This document shows positions 1 through 8,103 of a stretch of DNA of 19,294 nt, piece after piece; the first letter of the stretch is position 1, and every line of letters begins with the position of its first letter. A program made the position numbers and the translations under genes. A model generated the notes under the pieces. That model was not told where the DNA came from. It searched no databases and worked only from the letters and a program-made list of their open reading frames with translations. Source of the stretch: an archaeon (GTDB lineage Archaea > Nanobdellota > Nanobdellia > Pacearchaeales > GW2011-AR1); NCBI GenBank assembly GCA_043810775.1, contig JBDRNU010000001.1, positions 1 through 19,294 on the forward strand, in the 5' to 3' direction.

Positions 1-11
1 TATTAATAATT

Positions 12-245
12 ATGAACAGAACGCTAATATATATTTTGATTGGATTGATGTTTGGAGCTGCTATTGGATTTTTTATTAGCTTTCCTTTTGTAGCCTGGCA
101 AAATTCTTCTTGCCCTATTGGACTGGAATGTGATCTTCCAACTTTTCATTATACATTACCTTTTACAATAATCGGAGCAATTCTTGGAGCTTTAATAGGA
201 TTTATCATATCTAAGGTGAAAAAAACTCGTCAGAAGGGAAAATGA
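12..245 (+). CDS. Small two-TM membrane protein (tandem paralog 1)
   Basis: 77 aa ORF with two GxxxG-rich hydrophobic helices and a basic tail; C-terminus resembles that of the next gene. Confidence 0.75.
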   Translation: MNRTLIYILIGLMFGAAIGFFISFPFVAWQNSSCPIGLECDLPTFHYTLPFTIIGAILGALIGFIISKVKKTRQKGK

Positions 246-568
246 AAGCTTGGTTAAAAGGAGGATTGATTGGACTTGGAATAGATATAATTTTAGTTTT
301 GTTTTCTTGGTGGCCTACTTTCACAAATCCTGAAACAGGTTGGGAAGCAACTGGTTTTCTTTTAGGAATAACTCAAAGTCTTGCTATCATTCCAATACCG
401 TTAGTAAGTTTAATTGATAAGATAAATTATTTATTAGGCTTGCACGTAAACGTAATTGTAAGAGAACTAATTCCCATTACAATTTTTGGATTAGTAGGAT
501 ATTTCTTAATTGGAGCTTTAATAGGCTTTAGTATTTCTAGGACAAAAAAAGCTCGTCAGAAGCCCTAG
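242..568 (+). CDS. Small membrane protein (tandem paralog 2)
   Basis: 108 aa; ATGA overlap with the upstream gene; shares GALIGFxIS..KK.RQK C-terminus. Confidence 0.8.
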   Translation: MKAWLKGGLIGLGIDIILVLFSWWPTFTNPETGWEATGFLLGITQSLAIIPIPLVSLIDKINYLLGLHVNVIVRELIPITIFGLVGYFLIGALIGFSISRTKKARQKP

Positions 569-682
569 AATCAAGCCAAAACACCCTATTTTAAAACTAC
601 GTCTAATCTCTCTTAAACGAACTTTTGGGCTATTTTTACCTATATTTTGACTATTTTCAACGTATGCAGTAACTTTTTAGCA

Positions 683-1054
683 TTAATAGGAAGTTTCTGC
701 GCGACTATTTAAGTGGTTTCTTAGGTATTCATCTGCTAATTTAGATGCTTCTATTACTTGCCCACTTGAAGCTCTTCGTGGAATTTGCTTAAGAAGTTGA
801 GCCATAACATAAGCTTTATCTTGTGACTCACGACCAAAAAAAAGAGGAACTCCTTTTATTCTGGAGCAAGAAGGTGCAATGTATCCCTTAGAAGACCAAC
901 GGCGCAAACTATCTTTAGAAACTCCTGTAAGATTAGCTAGAGTTTCTAAATCCACCCCTAGACCTATATCTAACTTATAGGGTGTCTTATTAGGGGGCTT
1001 AATTTCAAATTCACGTTCATCTAAAACTACTTTTTGAGTATTATTTGGAGTCAT
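683..1054 (-). CDS. MerR-like helix-turn-helix protein
   Basis: LETLANLTGVSKDSLRRWSSKGYIAP matches the MerR/excisionase-type HTH pattern. Confidence 0.65.
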   Translation of the reverse strand: MTPNNTQKVVLDEREFEIKPPNKTPYKLDIGLGVDLETLANLTGVSKDSLRRWSSKGYIAPSCSRIKGVPLFFGRESQDKAYVMAQLLKQIPRRASSGQVIEASKLADEYLRNHLNSRAETSY

Positions 1055-1105
1055 TTTGCTGGATATTTACTAAATAAAAGGAATATTAAGAGTTTTTAAA
1101 TATTA

Positions 1106-1387
1106 TTACTCTTTAGAAGACCATTTGGACAGAATAATTAGAGCAATTACAGCAATAAATGTAACTAAAACTGCTACTAAAAACTGAAATCCAATGCCTT
1201 TGCCCAGACCTAGCTTGTCAATAATAGTATTTACAGAAGCCTGAATTGGGTCTTTCCAGGACAAGGCAATTAAAAAGGCAAACGCTGCACCTATAGCAGT
1301 ACCTACCTGCTTTTTAAATTCTTTTCGAAGTTCAGCAGCTGTTTGAAGTGGACTTTTTCTTAGCTTTTTTTCTTGATTTTTTGGCAT
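1106..1387 (-). CDS. DUF5654-family small membrane protein
   Basis: TAIGAAFAFLIALSWKDPIQ plus a second TM helix, the pattern of this family as recalled. Confidence 0.7.
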   Translation of the reverse strand: MPKNQEKKLRKSPLQTAAELRKEFKKQVGTAIGAAFAFLIALSWKDPIQASVNTIIDKLGLGKGIGFQFLVAVLVTFIAVIALIILSKWSSKE

Positions 1388-1445
1388 TTTTTCAAATTTG
1401 ATATTAGCAGAAACTTTTAGTTTTTGCTTAAAACTTTCTGCAATA

Positions 1446-1754
1446 CTACCTTCTTTTTCTTTTCTTTTTTTCAGGAAATATCTTAGTATAAATGCTTAAG
1501 ATTATAAGAATTATTATAAACCAAAATAAAATACTTATAATAAAAGCAGCTATTACGCTTGAAGTAATTCCAAAAAATACCTGGCTTATTCCCAGCATAT
1601 CTGGAAAAAATTTACAGTAATTCCAGGAATAAATTGAGTGATCAAGAGAAACTACTGGTGCTGTTTGACAGGGAATTATTTTGAGAACATAACCTAAAAA
1701 TGAAAGTATAATTGAGCTAAAAAATGCGTAAATAGGAATCTCTTTTTTTATCAT
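1446..1754 (-). CDS. Hypothetical membrane protein
   Basis: 102 aa, two TM helices flanking a two-Cys loop, basic tail. Confidence 0.75.
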   Translation of the reverse strand: MIKKEIPIYAFFSSIILSFLGYVLKIIPCQTAPVVSLDHSIYSWNYCKFFPDMLGISQVFFGITSSVIAAFIISILFWFIIILIILSIYTKIFPEKKKRKRR

Positions 1755-1799
1755 AATATATTATTGCCTGGTATAATATTTAAATCTTTCCATAAAGAG

Positions 1800-1933
1800 T
1801 GTTTAGAAGAATTAAATATTTTATCGTCGGTAAAGGGGGTGTTTAGGGGTGTTTAAACAGCTGTTTAAAAGAAATTTTGCTGTTTAAAGGCTGTTTAAAG
1901 GCTGTTTGTTGGAGTAATTAGGATGTGTTGGAA
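1800..1933. repeat. Iteron-like TGTTT(AAA) array with an 18-bp palindrome
   Basis: GGGGTGTTTA x2 (1836-1855); TTTAAACAGCTGTTTAAA palindrome (1852-1869); GCTGTTTAAAG x2 plus a partial copy (1879-1907); TGTTGGA x2 (1907, 1926). Confidence 0.85.
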
Positions 1934-2013
1934 ATGAATATTATACTTAAAAAGTGTTAAATTTACTATTATTTTAAGATATTTTTTCGTCGATAAATAT
2001 GAAAAAAGAAACA

Positions 2014-2021
2014 TTTATAAA
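2014..2021 (+). promoter_or_regulatory. Archaeal TATA box for wHTH gene A
   Basis: TTTATAAA preceded by a purine-rich BRE-like tract, ending 22 nt before ATG 2043. Confidence 0.6.
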
Positions 2022-2042
2022 CATGTTTGGATGTTAAATGAT

Positions 2043-2666
2043 ATGTTGAAGTGGTTATTTGGTGGTAAAAAAGAGGTTGAAGAGATTAAGAATGATGTTA
2101 AAAAGAGTTTTCATACTATTAAAAATGATATGGACACTGTTTCTAACTGGATTAAACACTTAAACAGCAGCGATGAAAAGCTTGACTTTAAGATTTCTGA
2201 TATAAATGAACGTTTATCGTCGATAGAAGATGAGTTTCAAGGCATGAAAAACGCGCTTGCATTTTTAGAAGGTGGATTTTCTAAACGGCTGTTTAAACAG
2301 CGACAAACAGCTGTGCGTAAACAAACAGCTGTTGAAGGTGTTCAAATACCTATACAAACAGCTGTTCAAACAGGTGATAGTGTTGATTTGTCAGTGCTGT
2401 CAGTTATGGAAAGAGCACTAGTTTTCATACTTTTGAATACTGATATGAAATTGAGTTATGATGATCTGGCTGCAATGCTTGGAAAATCAAGAGCCACAAT
2501 AAGAGGGCAGATAAATACAATAAAACAGAAAAGTGAGGGATTGATTGAAGAGATTATGGAGTCAAATGGTAAAAAAAGACTTTATGTGCCAGAGGAAGTA
2601 AAGGAAAAATTGCTAAAAAAGGTAAAAGTGAGTGGTGGAAAGAATAATAGGAAGAGGGGTAAGTGA
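2043..2666 (+). CDS. Coiled-coil + QTAV-repeat linker + C-terminal winged-helix protein (wHTH-A)
   Basis: ORF track start is 2031, but the TATA spacing favours 2043. HTH: LSYDDLAAMLGKSRATIRGQINTIKQK followed by a beta-wing (NGKKRLYV). Confidence 0.85.
   Translation: MLKWLFGGKKEVEEIKNDVKKSFHTIKNDMDTVSNWIKHLNSSDEKLDFKISDINERLSSIEDEFQGMKNALAFLEGGFSKRLFKQRQTAVRKQTAVEGVQIPIQTAVQTGDSVDLSVLSVMERALVFILLNTDMKLSYDDLAAMLGKSRATIRGQINTIKQKSEGLIEEIMESNGKKRLYVPEEVKEKLLKKVKVSGGKNNRKRGK
2282..2374. repeat. Intragenic AAACAGCTGT repeat array
   Basis: GCTGTTTAAACAGC palindrome 2288-2301; ACAAACAGCTGT at 2303, 2321 and 2354. Confidence 0.85.
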
Positions 2667-3111
2667 GGGTATATTATATAGGTAAAAATAGGGATAAAAA
2701 CGTAAAAGTGAGATAAAATCAAGATAAAAGTTCGTTTAATTAGTATATTATTAATAAAATAAGGGCTAAAAGTGGAAAAGTGAGAGTTCGTTGGGGTGGG
2801 TTGAGGTATAAAAATAGAGGAAAAAGCAGGGAAATTAATCAAAGGGAAACAGGATAAGGTAAAAGTGAGTTTAATTGATGTTTAAACAGGTTAAAACCCA
2901 AAAGTAAGAAGTAAAAAAGCTATTAATCAAGTAAAAGAGAGGGAAAAAGTGAACTCAAATAGCCCAGAAGTGAGATTAAGAGAAAATAGCTAAAAATGGC
3001 AAATAAGGCCTTTCTAGGCCATATAAGGTGAGAATTCTTGAATTTAGTTAGCAGAGCATAAATTAGATAATCGTTATATCGAATATATATTAAATAATCT
3101 GGAAAAGTGAT
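2529..3111 (+). repeat. Dispersed (GT)AAAAGTGAG direct-repeat array
   Basis: Exact AAAAGTGAG at 2529, 2624, 2704, 2776, 2861; variants near 2659, 2768, 2900, 2945, 2967, 3025, 3103; all on one strand. Confidence 0.75.
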
Positions 3112-3121
3112 ATAATGGCTT

Positions 3122-3865
3122 TTAAAGCTCTCTAAGCTGCAAAATAGTGGATAAAGAGACTATTTTCTTAAGATCTGGTGAAATATGGAGAATTATACGC
3201 TTATTATTAAGTTTTTCCTTAATTATAGGTATACCTTTACGTTGAATTTTACCTATGTAGTCCCTAATTGAGCTTTCTGAGAGGCTTAAATGCTTAGAAA
3301 GTAGTGTGTAATCTACCTCTATAATCTGCTCGTCAAGCTGATAAAGTAAGGAAAATGTGGCCATTTCCTGGGGTGTTAGCCTCTTGATTTTTAGACGTAT
3401 TTCCTTCTTAAGCCCATCTAAAGATGAGAGAATTTCTGCAGCTTTATCTAGATGATCACGAGATTTTACTTGTATTTTAGGCTCTTCTAGGGGAGAGATA
3501 TTAGTGGAGGGTTGGGGGGTAAATTGGGGTGAAATTTGAGGTATTTCACTGTATTTGTCTGTCTGTTGGTTTGTCTGTCTGTCTGTTGGAACCCCTTCAT
3601 TTCCTGTGGAAATACCCTTATTTTGGCTTTCTAAGGCTTCTAATGACTGTTGATGTGTTGGAATATGTGTTGGAGTTGTTGGAATTGGGGAACTATGTGT
3701 TGGAGTTTTAATCTTAGCTACAAGCTCGCTAAGTATATCTGCAAGAAGGTGATTTTCTGAATTTAACTTAGAAATCTCTTGTTTAATTTCAGTTATTTCT
3801 GAGCCTAAATTAAAGATGTCTTCTTTAATTTTTTTGAAAGCCTCTTTTAGTTTATCTTCATCCAT
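3122..3865 (-). CDS. Coiled-coil + PTH/TDRQ-repeat linker + C-terminal winged-helix protein (wHTH-B)
   Basis: 247 aa; HTH VDYTLLSKHLSLSESSIRDYIGKIQRKG with wing NNKRIILHI; same architecture as wHTH-A. Confidence 0.88.
   Translation of the reverse strand: MDEDKLKEAFKKIKEDIFNLGSEITEIKQEISKLNSENHLLADILSELVAKIKTPTHSSPIPTTPTHIPTHQQSLEALESQNKGISTGNEGVPTDRQTNQQTDKYSEIPQISPQFTPQPSTNISPLEEPKIQVKSRDHLDKAAEILSSLDGLKKEIRLKIKRLTPQEMATFSLLYQLDEQIIEVDYTLLSKHLSLSESSIRDYIGKIQRKGIPIIKEKLNNKRIILHISPDLKKIVSLSTILQLREL
3554..3707. repeat. Intragenic TGTTGG(A) repeat array
   Basis: (TGTC)nTGTTGG x2 (3554-3590); ATGTGTTGGA at 3653, 3665, 3695; TATGTGTTGGAGTT identical at 3664 and 3694. Confidence 0.8.
3591..3612 (-). 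promoter_or_regulatory. Putative ORB (Orc1/Cdc6 origin recognition box) inside the wHTH-B CDS
   Basis: Minus strand reads TTTCCACAGGAAATGAAGGGGT: TTCC-N3-GGAA dyad plus G-string, the archaeal ORB layout. Confidence 0.6.
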
Positions 3866-3896
3866 TTTGGATTTAAACTTTTCAAATATTTAAGGA

Positions 3897-4163
3897 TTAG
3901 TGTAATTGCTTATATGCATCATAAGCTTTATTTGAGAGTTTCCAGCGAATTCTCCTAGAATAAAATACTCCTTTTGGATTTTTCTTGACTGATACTACTA
4001 GACCTTTATCTTTGAGATCAAGAAGAAGGGCCTTAATAAATTCCTCATCACGAGCTATTTCTCGAGCTATTTCAGCTGTAAATTTAAGATTAGGAAACTC
4101 ATGATATAGATAAGATAAAACCTGCTCTGATATTTTATCGCGTTTCTCATTTGATAGCCTCAT
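3897..4163 (-). CDS. Small winged-helix DNA-binding protein
   Basis: FTAEIAREIARDEEFIKALLLDLKDKGLV followed by a wing hairpin; TATA at 4185-4192. Confidence 0.8.
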   Translation of the reverse strand: MRLSNEKRDKISEQVLSYLYHEFPNLKFTAEIAREIARDEEFIKALLLDLKDKGLVVSVKKNPKGVFYSRRIRWKLSNKAYDAYKQLH

Positions 4164-4285
4164 GAAACTCTAATACCGAATAACTATATAAACATTAGCA
4201 AAAAACATATATACCTTTAATTCTAAAACATTATACTGATTTCTGAAAACCAAAAAAACCTTCTTTGACTACTTAGGTTTTTAGG

Positions 4286-6910
4286 ATGATCAGAAATTGG
4301 AGGACAATTTCAGACATGGCGATTAAATTAAAGCAAGCTAAACTGAGAACTAGGGAAGATCTAATTAGAGTTATGCATCCTCTAGTCAGGGAGTGGTTTT
4401 TCTCTAAATTTAAGGAATTTTCACAACCACAATTATATGGGGTAATGCCAATTCATGATAGAAGGAATATCTTGATTTCTGCACCAACTGGTGGAACTAA
4501 AACTCTGACTGCTTTCTTAAGTATAATTAATTATCTAGTAGAGTTTGCATTTAAAAATGAACTTGCAGATAAGGTTTATGCTGTATATGTTAGTCCTTTG
4601 AAAGCTTTGAGCAATGATATTTTTGTCAATTTGGAAAATCCTCTTAAAGAAATTCAGGAACTTGCAAAAGAAAAAGGAGTAATTATGCAAAAAATAAGGG
4701 TTGATTTGAGAACAGGAGACACAAGCACATCAAAAAGGTCAGCAATGCTGAAAAATCCCCCACACATACTAGTAACTACTCCTGAAACTCTAGCTATCGT
4801 GCTTAATTCTATAAAGTTTGTTGAAAAATTACAAGGAGTTGAGTTTATTATAGTAGATGAGATTCATGCCATGGCTAATAAGAGAGGGGTTCACCTAAGC
4901 CTTAGCCTGGAAAGACTATCTGAATTAAGCAAGATATATCCAGTGAGGATAGGATTGAGCGCTACAGTGGCCCCTTTGGAGGAAATTGCTAATTTCCTAG
5001 TGGGGAATGATGCAGAATGCGAGATAGCTGATATAAGATTTGATAAAAAACTAGATATAGAAGTTATTTCACCTGTGAAAGATCTGATAGAAACTGATGC
5101 ACTTGAGATGCGATCTGGATTATATGGAATGCTAGATAAGCTAATTGAAGAACATAAGACTACACTAATATTTACTAATACTAGGAGCGCTACTGAAAGA
5201 GTAATTCATAATTTGAAAGAAATGTATCCTAAAAAATATATTGAAAATATAGGCGCACACCACTCTTCACTAAGCAAAAAACATAGATTTGATATTGAAA
5301 ATAGACTTAGAAATGGCGAATTAAAAGTAGTAGTTACAAGTACATCGCTAGAATTGGGAATTGATATAGGATATATTGATTTAGTAATCTTATTATCTAG
5401 CCCAAAATCAACTGCAAGAGCTTTGCAAAGAATAGGGAGAGCAGGGCATAAACTTCATGAAACTGTGAAAGGAAGATTTATTGTTCTTGACAGAGATGAT
5501 TTGATTGAATCATCTATAATTTTAAAAGAGGCTATTGAGGGAAAAATAGATGAGGTTCAAATACCTAAAAACTGCTTAGATGTTTTATCACAACAGATTT
5601 ATGGGATGGCTATTTATAAGGTTTGGGACAGAGAAGAAATGTTTAGGCTAATTAAAAAAAGTTATAGTTATAAAGGATTGAATAAAGAAGATTTCCTATC
5701 AGTTATAAGCTACCTTGCTGGTGAATATGCACTAGAACATAGACATGTTTATGGTAAAATCTGGTATGATGAAGAAAGCGGAAAGATTGGGAAGAGGGGT
5801 AAACTTGCTAGGGTGATTTATATGACTAATATAGGAACTATACCTGAAGAATCATATATTAATGTTGAGATTGGGGTGGGGGAGAGGAGGGGCTCTAATG
5901 TAGGAAAAATAGATGAGGGTTTTCTTGAGAGGCTGAAGAGAGGGGATGTATTTGTTTTGGGGGGGGCAAAATACGAGTTTTTGTTTTCAAGAGGAATGAA
6001 GGCTTATGTAAATGCTTCAGTTCAAAGACCTCCGACTATACCCAGTTGGTTTTCTGAAATGCTTCCACTTAGTTTTGATGTGGGGATAGAGATTGGGAGA
6101 TTTAGAAGATTGGTTGAAGAGAAATTTAATAAAAAATTAGAAAAAGAAGAAATTTTAAGCTTTATTCAAGAATATGCATACTGCAAAGCAGGAGTTGCTA
6201 AAGATATTTATAATTATTTTTATCAACAGTATAAATATCTGGGAATACCTTCAGATAAGAAAATAATTATTGAAAATTACAAAGGTGAGAAAAATTACTA
6301 TATTTTCCATACCATGTATGGGAGAAGAGTTAATGATGCTTTCTCCAGAGCTATTGGATTTTTGGTTGGGAGGCTTGGGGGGAGAGATGTAGAAATAGGA
6401 ATAAGGGATAATGGCTTTTATCTTGCTGGTGAAAAGCTACAGGTTGAGAGAGCTATGAAACATTTGAATAGCAAGAATTTAATTGAGATTTTGAAGGAGG
6501 CTATTGACAGGACTGAGGTATTAAATAGGAGGTTTAGACACTGTGCTGGAAGAAGCCTGATGATTTTAAGAAACTATAAAGGAAGAACTAAAAGTGTAGG
6601 AAGGCAGCAGGTATCTAGTTATTTATTATTAAATGCTGTGAATAAAATAAGCCATGAATTTCCTATACTAAAAGAAGCAAGAAGAGAGGTTTTTGAAGAT
6701 TTGATGGATATTGAAAACTGTAAAAAGGTTTTAGACTGGATTTCTGAAGGAAAAACAAAAATAGAATACAAAACTACTAGCCTGCCTTCCCCTTTTAGCT
6801 TAAATATTGTAATGGAAGGCTATTCTGATTTAATTAGAATGGAAGATAGAATTGAATTTCTGAAAAGGATGCATAAAGCTATAAATGAAAAGATAGATAA
6901 GAAGAAGTAA
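4286..6910 (+). CDS. lhr: Lhr-core (Lhr-like) SF2 ATP-dependent helicase
   Basis: Motifs APTGGTKT, SPLKALSND, TTPETL, DEIH, GLSAT, HHSSL, SLELGIDIG, QRIGRAGH, NIGTIP; about 870 aa; alternative start ATG 4316 after GGAGG. Confidence 0.93.
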   Translation: MIRNWRTISDMAIKLKQAKLRTREDLIRVMHPLVREWFFSKFKEFSQPQLYGVMPIHDRRNILISAPTGGTKTLTAFLSIINYLVEFAFKNELADKVYAVYVSPLKALSNDIFVNLENPLKEIQELAKEKGVIMQKIRVDLRTGDTSTSKRSAMLKNPPHILVTTPETLAIVLNSIKFVEKLQGVEFIIVDEIHAMANKRGVHLSLSLERLSELSKIYPVRIGLSATVAPLEEIANFLVGNDAECEIADIRFDKKLDIEVISPVKDLIETDALEMRSGLYGMLDKLIEEHKTTLIFTNTRSATERVIHNLKEMYPKKYIENIGAHHSSLSKKHRFDIENRLRNGELKVVVTSTSLELGIDIGYIDLVILLSSPKSTARALQRIGRAGHKLHETVKGRFIVLDRDDLIESSIILKEAIEGKIDEVQIPKNCLDVLSQQIYGMAIYKVWDREEMFRLIKKSYSYKGLNKEDFLSVISYLAGEYALEHRHVYGKIWYDEESGKIGKRGKLARVIYMTNIGTIPEESYINVEIGVGERRGSNVGKIDEGFLERLKRGDVFVLGGAKYEFLFSRGMKAYVNASVQRPPTIPSWFSEMLPLSFDVGIEIGRFRRLVEEKFNKKLEKEEILSFIQEYAYCKAGVAKDIYNYFYQQYKYLGIPSDKKIIIENYKGEKNYYIFHTMYGRRVNDAFSRAIGFLVGRLGGRDVEIGIRDNGFYLAGEKLQVERAMKHLNSKNLIEILKEAIDRTEVLNRRFRHCAGRSLMILRNYKGRTKSVGRQQVSSYLLLNAVNKISHEFPILKEARREVFEDLMDIENCKKVLDWISEGKTKIEYKTTSLPSPFSLNIVMEGYSDLIRMEDRIEFLKRMHKAINEKIDKKK

Positions 6911-6941
6911 GATTTAAATTATATGTTTTGTTGATGAAAGA

Positions 6942-7694
6942 ATGTTTGCATATGAAGAATTAAAAAAAAGATTGCCTGAATCAGAAGAGGTAATGAATGG
7001 GGAAGAGGCATTGAATTATTTTAGAGATAAAAGTAAGCCAAGAAAAGAGGCAAGATGGTATACTCTAGTTGTAAACGATATTTATTTTAGTACTTCTTTT
7101 TCAAAAGGAGCAGTTTTAGATGTGGGGTGTGGGAGTGCTGGGCTGCTTAAGGAGTTTCAGAGCTCAAATCCTGAGCTTGAATTGGTAGGGATTGATGGGT
7201 CTAAAACATTAATAGATAATGCGCACAAGTTTATAGCATCTAAGAAAATTAAGTTATTTTATTCAGATGCAGGGAAATTAAAGTTTAAAGATAGCAGTTT
7301 TGATTTGGTTGTTTGCCAAGATACGTTTCATCATTTTAGGAATCCTGTAAAGGTTCTAAAGGAAATGTATAGGGTGGTGAAAAAAGGAGGATTCATCTAC
7401 ATGACAGACTTGCGTAGAGATGTGGAGAAAGGGTTTATAGAGCAGGCAATAAGAAATATTTCAAAAAAAAGCATTGACCATACAAGGTTTTATCTTGCTT
7501 CTCTTAAGGCAGCTTATACTGTTTCTGAAATGAAACAAATAATAAAAAAATCTGGGATAAAGAAGTGTAAGGTTGCAAATGGAAAAAACGAGAGGCACAC
7601 AATGAAGATTATAAAGACAATTTTAAATCCAGAGACAAGAATTGACAAAGAAAGATTGTTTAAAGAAAGGTGGGTTGCAATAATAAAGAAGTAA
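6942..7694 (+). CDS. Class I SAM-dependent methyltransferase
   Basis: VLDVGCGSA, GID, FKDSSFDLV, FHHF..P.KVLKEMYRVVKKGG. Confidence 0.88.
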   Translation: MFAYEELKKRLPESEEVMNGEEALNYFRDKSKPRKEARWYTLVVNDIYFSTSFSKGAVLDVGCGSAGLLKEFQSSNPELELVGIDGSKTLIDNAHKFIASKKIKLFYSDAGKLKFKDSSFDLVVCQDTFHHFRNPVKVLKEMYRVVKKGGFIYMTDLRRDVEKGFIEQAIRNISKKSIDHTRFYLASLKAAYTVSEMKQIIKKSGIKKCKVANGKNERHTMKIIKTILNPETRIDKERLFKERWVAIIKK

Positions 7695-7697
7695 GAT

Positions 7698-8051
7698 TTA
7701 TCTTTTCTTTTTCTTAACTTTTTTAGAAGGGGCCTTCTGGATTGGCTGTTTATTTTTTTTAAATTGGTTTGTTTTTCTTCTAACTATTATATATAAAATA
7801 ATAATTACAACTAGGAGAACTAAAAATCCCAAAGTATAACCTATTGCTTCACCCCCTATAGCATTTCCTGTAATACTTTTTTTCCCAAACATTATTTCAT
7901 ATAAATCTTTGAAAAAAGACTTTACTTTTATTGTTATAGGAGCATTATTATCAGTTATAGTTTGATTAGTATCAACTTGAGTTGAAGCTGTTATAAAGAA
8001 TATAACCACTAGTGCAAAAGATGCTATAAGTGGAATTGTATACCTCTTCAT
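7698..8051 (-). CDS. Hypothetical membrane/surface protein
   Basis: N-terminal hydrophobic segment, ITGNAI motif, C-terminal TM and basic tail. Confidence 0.75.
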   Translation of the reverse strand: MKRYTIPLIASFALVVIFFITASTQVDTNQTITDNNAPITIKVKSFFKDLYEIMFGKKSITGNAIGGEAIGYTLGFLVLLVVIIILYIIVRRKTNQFKKNKQPIQKAPSKKVKKKKR

Positions 8052-8072
8052 AAAAAACTCAAGATAAACATA

Positions 8073-8078
8073 TTTAAA
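8073..8078. promoter_or_regulatory. Possible bidirectional TATA box
   Basis: TTTAAA lies 22 nt from ATG 8051 (-) and 26 nt from ATG 8104 (+). Confidence 0.45.
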
Positions 8079-8103
8079 ATGTTTTTGGTTGAAGAATTAT
8101 AAG

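Noticed and set aside
2582-2842. 86 aa minus-strand ORF
   Set aside because: F/I/S/L-rich translation of the reverse complement of a purine-skewed tract; overlaps wHTH-A
1800-3707. CRISPR array or IS ends
   Set aside because: Repeats are 9-18 bp with irregular spacing; no cas or transposase gene in the window
3529-3711. 60 aa plus-strand ORF
   Set aside because: Antisense shadow of the wHTH-B repeat linker
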